Assembly: GCA_963575745.1 (NCBI GenBank)
Contig: CAUYUJ010000248.1
Location: forward strand, 186,001 to 250,000
From: Prorocentrum cordatum
Lineage: Eukaryota
Direction of reading: 5' to 3'
Length of the DNA: 64,000 nt
Part shown: positions 41,871 through 55,440 of the stretch, one piece after another
How the letters are laid out: each line of letters begins with the position of its first letter
Numbering within the stretch: the first letter of the stretch is position 1
The notes under the pieces: generated by a model
Databases searched by the model: none
Told to the model about the DNA's origin: nothing
The model's input: only the letters and a program-made list of their open reading frames with translations
Program-made: the position numbers and the translations under genes

Positions 41871-43717
41871 CTAAGGGCGGCGTTTATTTGTAGGGTAGAG
41901 TTCAGCGGCCAGGTCCAGCCATGATTGGCGGTAGTGTCCTGCAGCGCTACTTCGGCGGAAGACGCTCTCGGGCGAGGCAGGCGGGCGATGCGGTTCCAGC
42001 CAGCAGAAGCGGGTTGCCCCTCTGCTTGCGCGTTGAGAAAAAAGTGTTCCTAACACCCTTTGAGATCGCGCTCATCGGAGAGGCCGCCGACGTGAGGCTT
42101 CACAGCCGCTGCCCCGCAGAAACGTGGCCCTTCTGCCAACATCGCGCACATGGACGGGCTGGTCTCGCGAGGGGCCCACTCCCCATCCAGCTGCCCCCGC
42201 CAGCATCGCGAAGAGACCACGACGCCTCTTGGAAATCGCGGCCAGGGCCCTCGACACCAGCCATCTCCTCCCAGGGCTGGAATCTTCTAAAGCCGGACCG
42301 ATGGGCTGATCTGTGAGATTCCCAGGGCCTGAAGTGGGTGATTCTTTCACGGCGCCTGTGCGTCAGAGACTTCCCCTTCTCATTTCGTTGGGCTTCGCGT
42401 AATAGCATCACAGCCAGAGCCAATACCATCTGCGCCTTTCAGCGCGGCCTCGGCCAAGCGACAAACTCTCGCTGCGTCGTGCGAGAAGGCAAGCGCCAAG
42501 CCCAGGGCCATGTGCGACCGCATCCCAGCAGACGTGGGGACTCGGCTCTCGCGTCGTCGCCACTCCCCTTCTCCCTCCTCATCCCATGCCGGTCTCCTCC
42601 TGTTGCTGATCCTCCTGTTCCTCCTCCTGTTCCTCCTCCTTTTCTTTGTCCCTGTTTCCTCTTGCTGCTGCTGCTCCTCCACGTCCCTGTCCTTGGCTTT
42701 GCGCGGACTTTTCCTGGCGGTGGCGCAGCGTTTATCACTCCCTCCTGCTCCTCCTCCTCCTCCTCCTGCTCCTCCTCCTCCTCCTGCTCCTCCTTCTCCT
42801 CCTCCCCCTCCTCCTGCTCCTGCTGCTCCTTCTTATCCTCCTCCTCCTTCTCCTCCTCCTCCGCCTCCTCCTCCTTTTGACATTTCACAGATTGAAGCAC
42901 CGATGGGGCTGAAGCGTCAGAATCCTTTTCCTTTCCATCAACTTCCCTGGCCTCCTCAGGCACAGGTCCGCTTCACCAGGCGGTCGTTTCGCCCATGCCG
43001 TTATTCTTCTTCGTCAGGAGTCCTGTTCAGGTTCTCTTTGCTGGGGTTCGCTTCGCCGGGGCCATCTTCGCCAGAGTCCTTGTCACAGCTTCGTTTCATT
43101 GGTGTCCATTTCGCTGAGGCTCCTCTTCGCCAGGGTCAACTTTCTCAGAGTTCGTCTCGCCTGGCTCGGTCGAACGGGCGGGCGCACGGGTGGGCGAGGC
43201 ATAAAGCGGACGATGCGAGCGGGCAGACCCTCACGGGCGGGCGGGTGGACTCTAACAGGTGGGCGGGACAATAAAGCGGGTGGGCTGTCAAGCGCGCGAG
43301 TTGGCGGGCCCCAACGGGGGGGGCGCGGGCGGACAGGAACGGGCGAGCGGGCGGGCGGGCGGGCCGCAACGGCAGAGCGGAGCGGGCCCGGCAAGGAGGA
43401 CCGAGCAAAGAGGAACGAGCGAAGAGGATTGGGCGAACAGGACTCGGCGTGCTGAGTGCGAGACCGCGGGCGAGGCGGACCGGTCGGGAGGAGCGGGCCC
43501 GGCGAAGTGGGCCCCTGGGCGGACACGACCTTATTAATGACGAAGCGGATCCGTGCGAAAGGGCGAAGCGGATCCGTGCGAAGCGGACCCCGGGTGAAGA
43601 GGGCTGGGCGAGCAGGACTCAAGGAGAGGCGGACCCCAGGCAAAGAGGAGCTCCACCCCTTCTTTTCCCCCACCCGCTTCCCGTCTCCTCTTCTTCTTCG
43701 TCTCCTCCTCCTCCTCC

Positions 43718-43752
<35 letters not shown>

Positions 43753-44400
43753 CTCCCCCTTCTCCTCCTCCTCCTCCTCCTCCTCCTCCTCCTCATCCTC
43801 CTCATCCTCCTCCTCCTCCACCTCCACCTCCTCCTCTCCCTCCTCCTCCTCCTCGCTCCTCCTCCTCCTCCTCCTCCTCCTCCTCCTCTTCCTCCTCCTC
43901 CTCTCCTCCTCTCCTCCTCCTCCTCCTCCTCCTCCTCCTCCTCCTCTCGGCAGTGGCCGGGACGAGAATACCACCACCAGCCCCTATTAGTCTGACTTGC
44001 TGGTCCCGCTGGGAAATAATAGGTATAGAGATCCGTTCCAGGGGGGTCCCGAACGCTCTCAGAGGATTCGGGAACGCTCTGAGAAGGCCGCGACGCCCGA
44101 GACGTTCTCCAGAGCCGCCGGATCTCACAGATTCTCGATTCAATCCTCACCCGATTCAGATCTCTCGATTCATCCTCACCCGATTCTCGATTCATTCGTC
44201 TTACCTTCCTCCTCCTCCTACTCCTCCTCCTCCTCCTCCTCCTGCTCCTCCTCCTCCTCCTCCTCCTCCTCCTCCTCCTACTCCTGCTCCTCCTCCATCC
44301 TCCTCCTCCTCCTCCTCCTCCTCCTCCTCCTCCTTCTCCTCCTCCTCCTCCTCCTCCTCCTCCTCCTCCTCCTCCTCCATTCCTTTTCCTTATAAGAAAC

Positions 44401-45375
44401 TTCTCCCTGTCGCACCCCGAGGCCAGTTTTTAGGGCGGGCTAGGCGTTTCGCCCGAGACTTCCTCACCATTCATGACCCTGAAGCTGAAAAAGTGACAAC
44501 ATTTTCACAGATGGAGGGCGGGTGGTTTTCAAAATGTGGCTCTCGCCTTAGCGCCGCGCGCCTTCGTTTTCAAATTTTGTCAGAGCTTCACGGATTGACG
44601 GCGGGTGGTTTCCAAAATGCGCCTCTCGCTTTAGCGCCTCGCACATTCGTTTTCAAAAATTGCAAGAGTTTGACGGGTTCAGGCGGGTGGTTTTCAAAAT
44701 GCGGCTCTCGCTTTAGCGCGCGCACATTCGTTCTCAAACTTTGCCAGAGCTTCGCGGATTGAGGGCGGGTGGTTTTCAAACTGTGGTTCTCGCCTTAGCG
44801 CCGCGTACATTCGTTTTCAAATTTTGCAAGAGTTTCACGGGTTGAGGGCGGGTGGTTTTCAGAGTGTGGTTCTCGCCTTAGCGCCGCGCACATTCGTTTT
44901 CAATATTTGCAAGAGCTTCGCGAATTGAGGGCGGGTGGTTTTCAACATGTGGCTTTCGCTTTAGCGCCGCGCACAGTCATTCACAAAAGTTGCAAGAGTT
45001 TCAGGGGTTGAGGGCGGTTCCTTTCCAAAATGTGGCTCTCGCCTCAGCGCCGCGCACACTCGTATTAAACATTTACAAGAGTTTCACGGATTCCCATGAT
45101 CAACGTACCAGAAGTGGTGTTTTGGAGGGATTCTGGATTATGTGGGTGCAACAGTTATGTTGGTTCGCGGTGTTGAAATCCCAACTGGCGTTCTGGTACA
45201 ATTCCGGATCGTCAAGACGTAGCAGTCAGATTGCATGCTTCAGGATCTTCAAACGGTTGTCTTCCAACGGGACAGTTCCCTCAATGGATATGAACCGTTG
45301 TAGGGGCCTATGAAGAGGGAGCTTGGAGGGAGGGTTAATTCCAACATCGTTGATGACTCTTGGGTTTACACTGGT
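44401..45375 (+). mobile_element. 82-bp-unit element, full copy
   Basis: Both conserved ends and ~7 units. Confidence 0.9.
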
Positions 45376-45790
45376 CCTCCTCCTCCTCCTCCTCCTCCTC
45401 CTCCTCCCTCCTCCTCTTCCCCCTCCTCTCCTCCTCCTCCTGCTCCTCCTCCTCCTGCTTCTGCTCCTGCTCCTCCTCCTCCTCCTCCTCCTCCTCCTCC
45501 TCCTCCCCCTGCTCCTCCTCCTCCTCCCCCTGCTCCTGCTCCTCCTGCCCCTGCTCCTGCTCCTCCTGCTTCCCCTCCTCCTCCTCACCTCCTCCTCCTC
45601 CTCCTCCTCAATCTCCTCCTCCTCCTCCTCCACCTCATCCTCCTCTTTCTCCTCATCCTTCTTCTCCTCCTCCTCCTTCCTCCCTCCTCCTCCTTCCTCC
45701 CTCCCTCCCTCATCCCTCCTCCCTCGTCTCCCTCCACCTCCACACCTCGAAGATCCCTCGAGGAGAAGCAGCAGCCATCGACGACGACGA

Positions 45791-45838
<48 letters not shown>

Positions 45839-47059
45839 CGACGGCGACGACGACGGCGGCGCGAGGTCGTCTGGAGGGCCAGGAGCGACATGCAGGCGCC
45901 CGCCTACGCCGGGCGGGTGGGGACCGCCGGCCACGGAGGGGCCTCGGGACTGGTGCGTTTCCCTCGCCCTTGCCTTCCTCTTCTGTCCTTTACCTTTGCC
46001 TACACTGTCGCTGCCCTTCCGTCAGATCGTACAGGAGGGGATATCATCTTGTGGCCTCCTGGAGCTTCCGAGCCCCTCGCCTCCTTGAGCATCCTGGGAC
46101 CTCCTCGGGCCTCGGGCGTCCTGGGATCTCCTGCGTCCTCCTGGGAACCCCTGCGGCCTTCTGGGTCCTCCTGTGGCCTTCTGTGGCCTCCTGTGGCCTC
46201 CTGGGGCCTCCTGTGGCCTCCGGAGGCCTCCTGAGGCATCCTGGGACCTCCTGAGACCTCATGGGTGCCTCCTGGGGTCTCCTGGTGCCTCCTTGAGCTT
46301 CTGGGGCCTCCTGGGATCTCCTGGGGCCTCCTGGGGCCTGCTGCGGCCTCCTGGGGCTTCCTGGGACCTCCCGACGCCCCCTGTGGCTTCCTGGGGCCTC
46401 ATGGAGCCCCCTGGATATCCTTGGGCCTCGCGGGATGGGGCTGGGACTTCAGGTGGCCTCCTGAGGCCTCTGGGTCATTTTGAAGCCTCCTGGCTCCAGC
46501 GGTCTCCTGGTACTTCATCTCTTCCTCCTCCTCCTCCTCCTCCTCCTCCTCCTCCACCTCCTCCTCCCCATTCTCCTCCTCCCCCTCCTCCTCCTCCTCC
46601 TCCTCGCCCCCTCCTCCTCCTCCTCCTCCTCCTCCTCCTCCTCCTCCTCCTCCTCCTCCTCCTCCCCTCCCCTCCCCTCCCTTCCCCCATCACACCCTCC
46701 TTCTCCTCCCTCCTCCTCCTCCTCCTCCTCCTCCTCTCCTCCTCCCTCCTCCTCCTCCTCGTCCTCCCCCTCCTCCTCCTCCTCCTCCTCCTTCTCCTCC
46801 TCCTTCTCCTCCTCCTCGTCCTCGTCCTCTTCGTCGTCCTCCTCCCCCGACCACATATCAAACCTCTGAGCCCAACCAACGTCACAGGCGCTCGCTCAAG
46901 GCTCGACAATAAGGTTTTGGTCAGTGCAAAGCGCCTTGCGTCGCAACAAAACTAAAGCTCGCGGCCGCGGCCACGCGCTCGCCCGAGGCCTGGCTCAGAC
47001 CTCTGGGACAAGCACGCAGTTACCTAAACAGGATCGCTTCGCTAATCCACGTGACGTGC

Positions 47060-48275
47060 ACCATCATCCTTATTATCATACTCACCATCACCAGCACCAT
47101 CATCTGCAGCATCGGCATCAGCATCAGCATCATCATCGTCATCATCATCAGCAGCATCATCATCAACATCATCACCATTATCTGCAGCAGCAGCATCACC
47201 ATCAGCATCAACATCATCACCAGCATCACCATCAGCATCATCAGCAGCAGCATCGTCGTCATCCTCATAATCATCATCAGCAGCATCATCAGCAACATCA
47301 TCAGCAACATCATCAGCATCGTCATCAGCCGCATCATCAGTATCATCATCAGCAGCCTCCTCACCATCCTCACCATCCTCACCACCATGATCGTCAGTAT
47401 GATCAAGAACATCAGCATCAACATCATCATCGTCATCATCATCAGCATCATCAGCATCACCATCAGCAGCATCGTCATCATCATCATCAGCATCATCACC
47501 ATCACCATCACCATCATCATCACCACCATCACCATCACCACCAACACCGTCATCATCATTATCATCACTATCAGCAGCAGCAGCACCACCTCAACATCAT
47601 CATCATCATCATTATTATCATCATCATCATCATCATCATCATTATCATCATCATCATCATCGCCATCATCACCATCACAGATGACATCATCACCACCGCC
47701 ATCATCATAGTCAGCATCAGCATTGTCATCACCACCACCACCACCACCATCATCATCTCATCATCATCAGCATCATCATCAGCAGCAGCATCATCGTTAT
47801 ACTCAGTATCATCAACATCATCATCAGCAGCACATCAGCAGCACCATCAGCATCATCATCATCATCATCATCATCATCAGCATCAGCATCACACGCTTCC
47901 TCTATTACACGCAACCGCCGGCATGCGTTGTACATCATAGTCCTCCTCGTCTTTCTCCTGACCCCCTCCTCCTGCTCCACATCCCTCGTGTTCCTCCGAT
48001 CTCTTCCTCCTCCTCCTCCTCAAATCCTCCTCCTCCTCCTCCTCCTCCTGCTCCTCCTCCTCCTGCTCCTCCTCCTCCTCATCCTCCTTCTGCTCCTCCT
48101 GCTCCTCTTCTTCCTCCTCCTCCTCCTCCTCCTCCTCCTCCTCCTCCTCCTCCATCCTCCTCAGGAGGAGGAGCAGGAGGAGGAGGAGGAGGAGGAGGAG
48201 GAGGAGGAGGAGGAGGAGGAGGAGGAGGAGGAGGAGGAGGAGGAGCAGAAGGAGCAGGGGGAGGAGGGATTGAGG
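47060..48275. repeat. CAT/CAG tract, then CCT abutting AGG
   Basis: Direct reading; strand switch at ~48162. Confidence 0.9.
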
Positions 48276-48744
48276 GAGGAGGAAAAGAACAGGTGGGGGG
48301 TGGGCGAAAGAGATCAGAGAGAGGAGGTGGAAGATTGGAGGAGGCGTGGTGAACCTGCAGCCCAGTGGTCCAGGAGTCCAGAACCCCCTCAGCAAGTCCA
48401 GGGCGGCGGAGTTCTGCGCCGACGTCGCTTTCCCATGAAAATGCGACGTCTGCGCAGCATCCATGTTTTTCAGCGCCCAGCGCCGCGGAGCCAGAGGCGG
48501 GAGCAGAGGTCCTAGGAGGCCCCAGGACGTCCCAGCAGGCCTGGGCAGGTCCCAGGAGGTCCCGGGAGGGTCCCAGAAGCCCTTGGAGGTCCCAGGATGC
48601 CTTGGGATGTCCCAGGAGGCCCTTGGGAGGCCCTGGGAAGTCACAGAAGGCCCCAGAATGCTTTAGGATGTCGCAGGAGGCCCCAGGAGGCACCAGGAGG
48701 TCCCAGGAGGCCCCAAGAGGCCCCAAGAGCCCGCAGACCACCAG

Positions 48745-49520
48745 AATCCCACCAGCCCTCTGGGAGCAGGTGGTCTAGAGCGTTTCCTTTTCCAACGTCC
48801 TTCCTTTCCCTGCTCGGGAGGTTTACCTCCCCCCCTCCCTGCGTCTGGACGGGCTCCCCCGCGAGGTGTCAGAGGGCCCTTTTCGGCCCAAGATACCCAA
48901 GAGGGCTTCAGAGAGCGCGAGATGGCCTCCAAGATGGCCCAAGATAGCGGTAGATGGCTCGAGATAGCTTCCGACACGCATCCAAGAGGCCTCAAGAAGG
49001 CCCCAAGACGGTTTCAAGTGCCCTCCGAGCCCTCCGAGGACTCCCCCAAGAGGCCCAAACCCTTCAACTACCTAAGGAAACCACATGGTTTTTGCCTTCT
49101 CGCTTTTTCGCCTCCGATGGGCTCTTGAGGCGTCAAGATGGCCCCAAGACGGCCCAAGATAGCCACACGAGGGGCCCAAGAGGGCCCCAAGACGGCGCCA
49201 AGAGCGCCCAAGAGCGCTTCAGGAGCGGCCCAAGAGGCCCCAAGACGGCATTTTTGAGCATCCGAGGGGGCGATGGGAATTAGAACCCCCCTCTTTTTTT
49301 AGCGAAAGGGTCCAAGACGGCCCCAAGAGGCCCCTCAGGCATCCCAACAGAGCCCCAAGAAGGCCCTCAGACCCCCCAAAAGAGCCCCAAGAGGGCCCCA
49401 AGAAGCCCCAAGAGAGCCCCAAGAAAGCTCCAAGAAGGCCCTAAGAGGACCTCAAGAGAGCCCCAAGAAAGAGCACCAGGAGGGCCCCAAGAGGGCCCCA
49501 AGAGAACCCCAAGATGGCTC
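48745..49520 (-). mobile_element. GGGGCCTCTT-family element, inverted
   Basis: aatcccaccagccc is the reverse complement of the 2965-2978 end; internal ccccaagagg repeats. Confidence 0.75.
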
Positions 49521-52132
49521 CAAGTTTCGAAACGCACTCAAGTTTAAGATACAAATCAGTGCAACAGCCATTACGAGTCATCGAAACACCCCTCACCCCT
49601 TATCGAAACACCATCGTAGCTTGCACGGATTTCCATCCTAAACTTCAACGCGGGAAGCTCTTTGTGATCCTTGTTTTCCCGAAGACGGCTGCGCAACTGC
49701 ATGCGTCCTGCCGCCCCTGATTCACCGACTCCCCTGCTGATCGTTTCTGGATGGGCTGGTGGGGATACTTTTTTAGTCAGCGGCCGCGGGCGAGCGCGCC
49801 AGCGGCGAGTCCAGTCAAAGCGGGGCACGCAGCGACGAATTAACCGAAGGCGACGGAGGGTGGCCACACCTACAGCGGCAAACCGAGCCCTCACGCAGCA
49901 GCCCAGCGGCGGACCGGCGGGTGGGGGGGCAGCTGAAACTGAGTCGTATTGCCAGCGTGCAAGTATGCAAAGCGTCGGGGCTCCAGGGACTCGGGACACA
50001 CGACGACCCGGGCCAGAAGCCGAAATTAATGCAAGGACGCAGCCCCGGACAACTGCGTGAGTACCAGGGTGGCCCGAAGGACCGCCGGTCGAAGAATTAA
50101 AGCCAGGAGGCGAGAGCGTTGGCGCAGTCAACCATGCCGTCAGCAGGCACAGGAGGGGCCCGAGGACTCCCTTCACGGCACTTCGGCCAACGAAGACTGC
50201 CGCAAGGGAGGGTCCAGGCGTGCCTCCGCCTTTTTACATCGCTTGCACCGCTTACACCAGCCAACCAATACCTCATATTCCTCCCCCATTCTTCCATCCG
50301 CCCCTGTCCCTCCCCTCCCCACTCCCTCCACGTATCCTCCCCATCCCCTCTTCCCTCCCATCCCCTCGCCTCCCCCCACCTCCCCCTCCCGAGCCAGCGC
50401 GCGGGACAGGGCGGACGTCGAGCGGGTGTCGACCGAGAGCGCGCAGCAGAAGCCGGACTTCGCCAGCGTGAGGGCAGCGCGTTCGCGACATGACCCGCCC
50501 GATGCGGCGCCGAGCTGGAGGAGGAGGAGGAGGAGGAGGAGGAGGAGGAGGAGGAGGAGGAAGGGGGAGGAGAGGAAGGGGGAAGGAGGGTCAGAAGGGA
50601 GGCGGAGGAGGCAGAGGGGGAGAAGGAGGGGGACGATGAACGGGAGGAAGGAGGAGCTGGAGCTGGAGGATGCGGAACCATCGTACGGCTCGCTCTACAG
50701 TGTTAGATCTGGCGTTGTATGGCTGGTGCGCGTGCAGATCTTGCATCGAAACTGACCCTGATTGGGGTGCGTCGGTGCAGGTGAGAAGTAGTGTCCAACG
50801 ATAGTGCAAGCCGTAACCAGATCTGAAATACTCCAGTTCCTAAGAACTGTTTCGCTGTGGGCGCTTCTGTCAGCAGAGGTAGTCCAGGGTCTATGTCACG
50901 GCCCCGCCAGGGGATCACTACTGGCACGTCCGCCTCGTCTCGGGCTTGTGCCCCTGCTTCGCTGTCGTCCCCCATATCCCTGGCCCCGATTCGTCCTCCT
51001 AATCGACCTCCTCCCTTTTCACCTCTTCCACAAGTTTCTCAACACGCAAACTTCTCTCATCTCTCCCCTGACGCTGTCTTTGGTTTCTCCGCCTATCTCG
51101 TAGACTGATTGCTCACACAGAATTGCCCCGAGCTTGTTTTCCATATTGTTCTTTCCCATCAGAACGCTCTCGGCCCTTCAGACATGATGTTCCCGCTGCA
51201 GCGTTGGCTGCATTTCAGGATTGGTGCGTTGCTGCCGTCGTTCGTATGTTTCGGTTTCGCCCCAGCGCGGACCACGTTTCCAGTCCGTTTCGTTCCTCGT
51301 CGTCGTCGTCCCCTCTCTTTTCCCTCCGCCTTCCATTGGCTCCCATGCGTCTCCTACTTGTCCTGCTCCTTCTGGTCCTCCCCATTCCTCATAATCCTGC
51401 TCTTCCTCCTTTTCATTATCCTGCTCATCCGACCCCCCCTCCGTAGCACAGCGTAAAAAGACCCCCCTTTCTGATCGTGTATCACACGATGGGGCCACTG
51501 TGGGGACTCCGGGTCATTTGGGCCACTTCAACAAGACTTAAACGCAGAGTCAGATCCACAAGGCAACGCGCGGGCCGGCACAACAGCCAGACTCACACTA
51601 AAGCCAGTTTAAGGTGGGTGTGTGTGGCGGGGGGGGGGGAGGCCAGGCTACCAGGGGATCCACGCAAGTCAGATCGCATAATTCTGATAGCATCTAGAGG
51701 ATACGGAGTGGACGAAGAAGGAGGAGCGACCGAGAAGGGGGGGCAGGAGGGGGAGGAGCGAGGAGCAAGACCAGGGCCGCCGGCCGTGAAGGCAGGCGAG
51801 CCTATCTTGGAGGGCGCCACCCGCCACGGCGGCCGCCTTTTGTTGCTGCTGCGCCCCCCGCTGCAGCACCAGAGGTGCTGCCAGGGGCGCCGCGGCCACG
51901 GGCGAGACGTCGCAGCCCGAGCGGCGCCAATTGGCAGCACCAGAGGTGCCGCCAGTGGGCGCGTGCGGCGCGTGCGGCCGAGTTGTGGGGGCTGGTGGGC
52001 ATCCTGGCTGCCCGTCCGCTGCGCCTGCTGCCTCGCCCGCGCCCGATGTTTCGCTTCAGGCTGCCGTGACCAGCGCTCCTCTTCCTCATACCTATTATTC
52101 CTCATCCTGCTCTTCCTCATCCATTCCTTTTC

Positions 52133-52310
52133 CTCCTGTCGCACCCCGAGGCCGATCAAAAAGCGTGGGCCAGGCGTTTTTCGCCTGAGACCTCCTTACA
52201 ATCACGGATGGAGGGCGGGTGGTTTTCAAACTGTTGCTCTCGCCTTAGCGCCGCGCGCATCTGTTTTCAATATCTGCAGTAGTGACACAGATGGAGGGCG
52301 GTTCCGTTTA
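52133..52310 (+). mobile_element. Truncated 82-bp-unit element
   Basis: ctcctgtcgcaccccgag start plus one to two units. Confidence 0.7.
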
Positions 52311-53039
52311 CGAGGCGTGGTCTTACAGGCCCAGCATTTCCAACAACATGTGTTGGATTGCTGCGCATCTTGTGTCTCCCCGCGGTCTGCCTCCGCAGGC
52401 CCCGTGCGCTGGGTGGGTTTGCCGAGGTTCGCGCCGGGGCCCAACATACTGTTCGTACGTGAAGGGTGGGGAGCCAACTTGACATAGACCAACCCAGATT
52501 TTAACCATAGACCTGCAGAGTGTGAGTCAGAGGGTTATCAGCTGAACTAGATCGGGAGTGACTTACAAAGCAGGTGTCGCCCGAAAAAGGGGCTCGCAAA
52601 CTTGCTCACCCAGAACAGACGAGGAAGGACAGGGATCGGGCCAAGAGAAGTCGCGTCGAGGCTGGGCCGCGCTTGCGCAGGGCACAACTGTCGACTGGCG
52701 CAGGCCCAGGCCAGGCGGTGGGAGCGCGAGTCGGCGTCGCGGAGCCGAGCAACCTCGCCGACGCTTCCCCCTCGCCGGGGGCTGGGCCAGCCCAACCTCG
52801 ACACACCCAGGAGCCACCACGACACCACTGCGCTCGCGCAGCAGGGTCGGGCGGTCGGGGAAGCATTGGGATATCAGCCCCGCGACTCATGCCTGAACCT
52901 CCCAATCCCTGGCCGGATTTTATTTCTTCCTTCCGCGGCGACACGTTAAACTTGGGACCCCTGGCGGCGCATGGATTTCTTATGATGCATTTCTTTCTTC
53001 CGCGCGCGAGTTGCCATTTGAACCTCTGAACCCCTCCGA

Positions 53040-53690
53040 CTACCGTACAACTAGTACTTGAGTACGATTGGTACTATCATGTACTAGCGCGCAGTTGCTC
53101 CTAGAGAGCAAATTGTCCTGCCGTGCAAGCATCAGAGTGCAACTGGTATCATATTAGTAGTGTAAGCCCCCAGCACAGCTCTCCACTGCAATCCCCAGTA
53201 CAACTCCTTCTTACGACAAGTACAACTCCTGAGTGCAACTCCTCAGTGCAACTGCCTAGTACAAAACCCTAGTACAGCTACTAGTGCAGTTCTCAAGCAC
53301 AACTAGTGCAACTTTCCAGTGCGAGTAGAACTCCCCAGCGCAACCCCCCAGTGCAAGGAGCACGAGTACAACTCCCCAGTGCAATTCCACTGTGCCAGTA
53401 CAACTCCCTGGCGCAACTCCGTAGTGCAACTCCCTAGCACAATTCCCTGGGACACGTGGAGCTAGTACAACTCCCTAGTGCAACTCCCTAGCACAACCCC
53501 CTAATATTAGTACAACTCCCTAGTGCATCTCCCTAGTACAACTCCCCAGTGCAACTCCCTAGTTCAATTCCATTCGTGCAATTCCCTGTGCAACTCCCTA
53601 GTACTAGTCCAACTCCCTAGTACAACTCCCAGTAGGACTCCCTGGCACAACTTCCTATTATTAGCACGACTCCCTAGTGCAACCACTATT
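53040..53690. repeat. ~14-bp minisatellite (AGT(A/G)CAACTCCCT)
   Basis: Repeated tagtgcaactccc/tagtacaactccc. Confidence 0.9.
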
Positions 53691-54019
53691 GGCATTGCAC
53701 TTACAATCTGGGCTCTCACGCTTTTCCGCCTCTGGTTGCGCTGGAGGGGGTGGGACCCCTCGCGCGGGCACCTCCGCGGCTGAGAATTCATTCCTCTTCC
53801 GGAATTTAAGGCGGGGGTAACCCCGTGCTCGAACCCCTCGCCAGGGATTTTGTTTTGCCTCCGCGGAAACCGGACTCCCTGGGTTCCTGGGCGCGCCCCA
53901 GAAGTTCGTTCTGCCTGGATGGGCCCCCATGGGTCCTTCGTTGGAGTCGCGGGGTTGATGTTGGGATCGGGCACAAAAAAGAGCCCGCAAATCAGCTCAC
54001 CCCAAAAAGAAGAAGAGAG

Positions 54020-54908
54020 ACCTCGTAGCCATTTTGGTTCAAGCCAGAACGTTGTCTGCGGCACCAGCGCCCATGCTGCCGTCGCGGCTGTGTCCCCCGC
54101 AGCCTTTCCGCGCCGGCATCCCATGGGACCTACCCGCGCCTTAATCACGATTAAGGATGGCACCACGTACATCAACGACCGTGAGCTTGCGCGCTCTTAC
54201 CTCTCGAACCTCGCGGCATCGGCCAACAAGGTCACCCGCAATGACGAGATTTCCCAGCGGCTTGCAGTTGTCGAAGTTGGCATGCGGGTGCAGCAGCTGG
54301 TTGGAGGGTCATTCTCTACTCCTCTTGCCACAGCCATGTCGGCCCTGAGGAAGCTGAACACGGCGGTGAACGTGGCCAAACACGTTGACACGGAGTGCGA
54401 CGACATGCCCATCGACAGCGTCCAGCAGCAGACGCCCCAGGAGCTGGAGTTCCAGGGGGCCAACAAGCGGGAAGACCGCACGGCGACTCTACAGCAGAAG
54501 TAGAGCAAGGACCTCTACCAGAAGCGAATGGAGAAGAAAGTCAACAAGGACAAGAAGGACCTGAAGGCCAAGACAGACGAGCTTCCAGCCTGCCCCCAGG
54601 GGCATTCGCTCAAGAAGTTCAAGATCAAGGCCCGCGAGAAATACTTCTGTTCGGTCTGCGGCGCAGACATCCCGATTGACAATTACACGGCGGCGTGCAA
54701 AAAGCAGTGCGACTACGACGCGTGCGAGGATTGTGGCTGAGCCCTCGAGGAGCCCTGAGTCCCATCCCGTCTGCCGTCTGGTCTCGCCCTTGCCCTCCCC
54801 TGGCTTTTGCTTTCCCGCTTTCGCTTCCCCGACAACGCGTAGTCTATCCTGTAGAAGGCTCGAAGAGCACATCTTATACTGTGGCGGTCTCGCATTTTCG
54901 GGAGGAAA
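54020..54908 (+). pseudogene. SL-capped retrocopy encoding a ~205-codon protein with a C-terminal Cys/His zinc finger; one internal TAG
   Basis: SL relic at 54023-54043; ATG 54123; TAG 54501-54503; frame continues to TGA 54738-54740; CPQGH..CSVC..C...CDYDACEDC; no introns; 16-bp TSD at 54004-54019 and 54909-54924. Confidence 0.85.
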
Positions 54909-54924
54909 AAAAAGAAGAAGAGAG

Positions 54925-55440
54925 GCCGTGATCGGGCTCGCGAGAGCTGCGAGCCAAACAAGAACAGTGGCCCGCAAATCTCCTCATCTGAAACCGATTG
55001 GATTTTGGTTTCGCAGAAACTGCGGGACAAAACGCAATGGCCCGCAACTCGCCTCGGCTCACGCTAAGTGCGGTCCAAAAGCAAATGGCCCGCAAATCTC
55101 ACCACCCCAAGCAAACAAGGAAAGGCTGTGCTTGGCTTTGCGGAAATTGCGAGCGCACGACATGCCGACAAATCTCTTCACCCCACAGATACCAGGAAGG
55201 GTTGGCATTGGGATCGCAGATACTGCGGGCCAAAGCGTAATGGCCCGCAAATCTCTTCGGCTCGCGCAAATTGCGGGCCAAATACGAAATGGCCCGCAGA
55301 TCTCCCCATCCCAAACACGAAAGGAAAAGCTGTGGCTGGGCTCTCGGAAATTGCGGGTCGAACAGAAGTGTCCACAAACTCCCCACCCAAAAAGGAGACC
55401 AGGAAGGATTCGGATTGGGCTCACAGCATCCGCGGGCCAA
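54925..55440. repeat. Degenerate repeats containing GGCCCGCAAATCTC
   Basis: Motif recurs ~7 times; this is the host of the retrocopy. Confidence 0.75.

Noticed and set aside
42100..42170. Gag zinc knuckle CARCWQKGHVSA on the minus strand
   Set aside because: The last Cys is missing and no other LTR-element motifs were seen.
50700..51250. Another RT relic on the minus strand (KQFLG)
   Set aside because: A single weak motif only.
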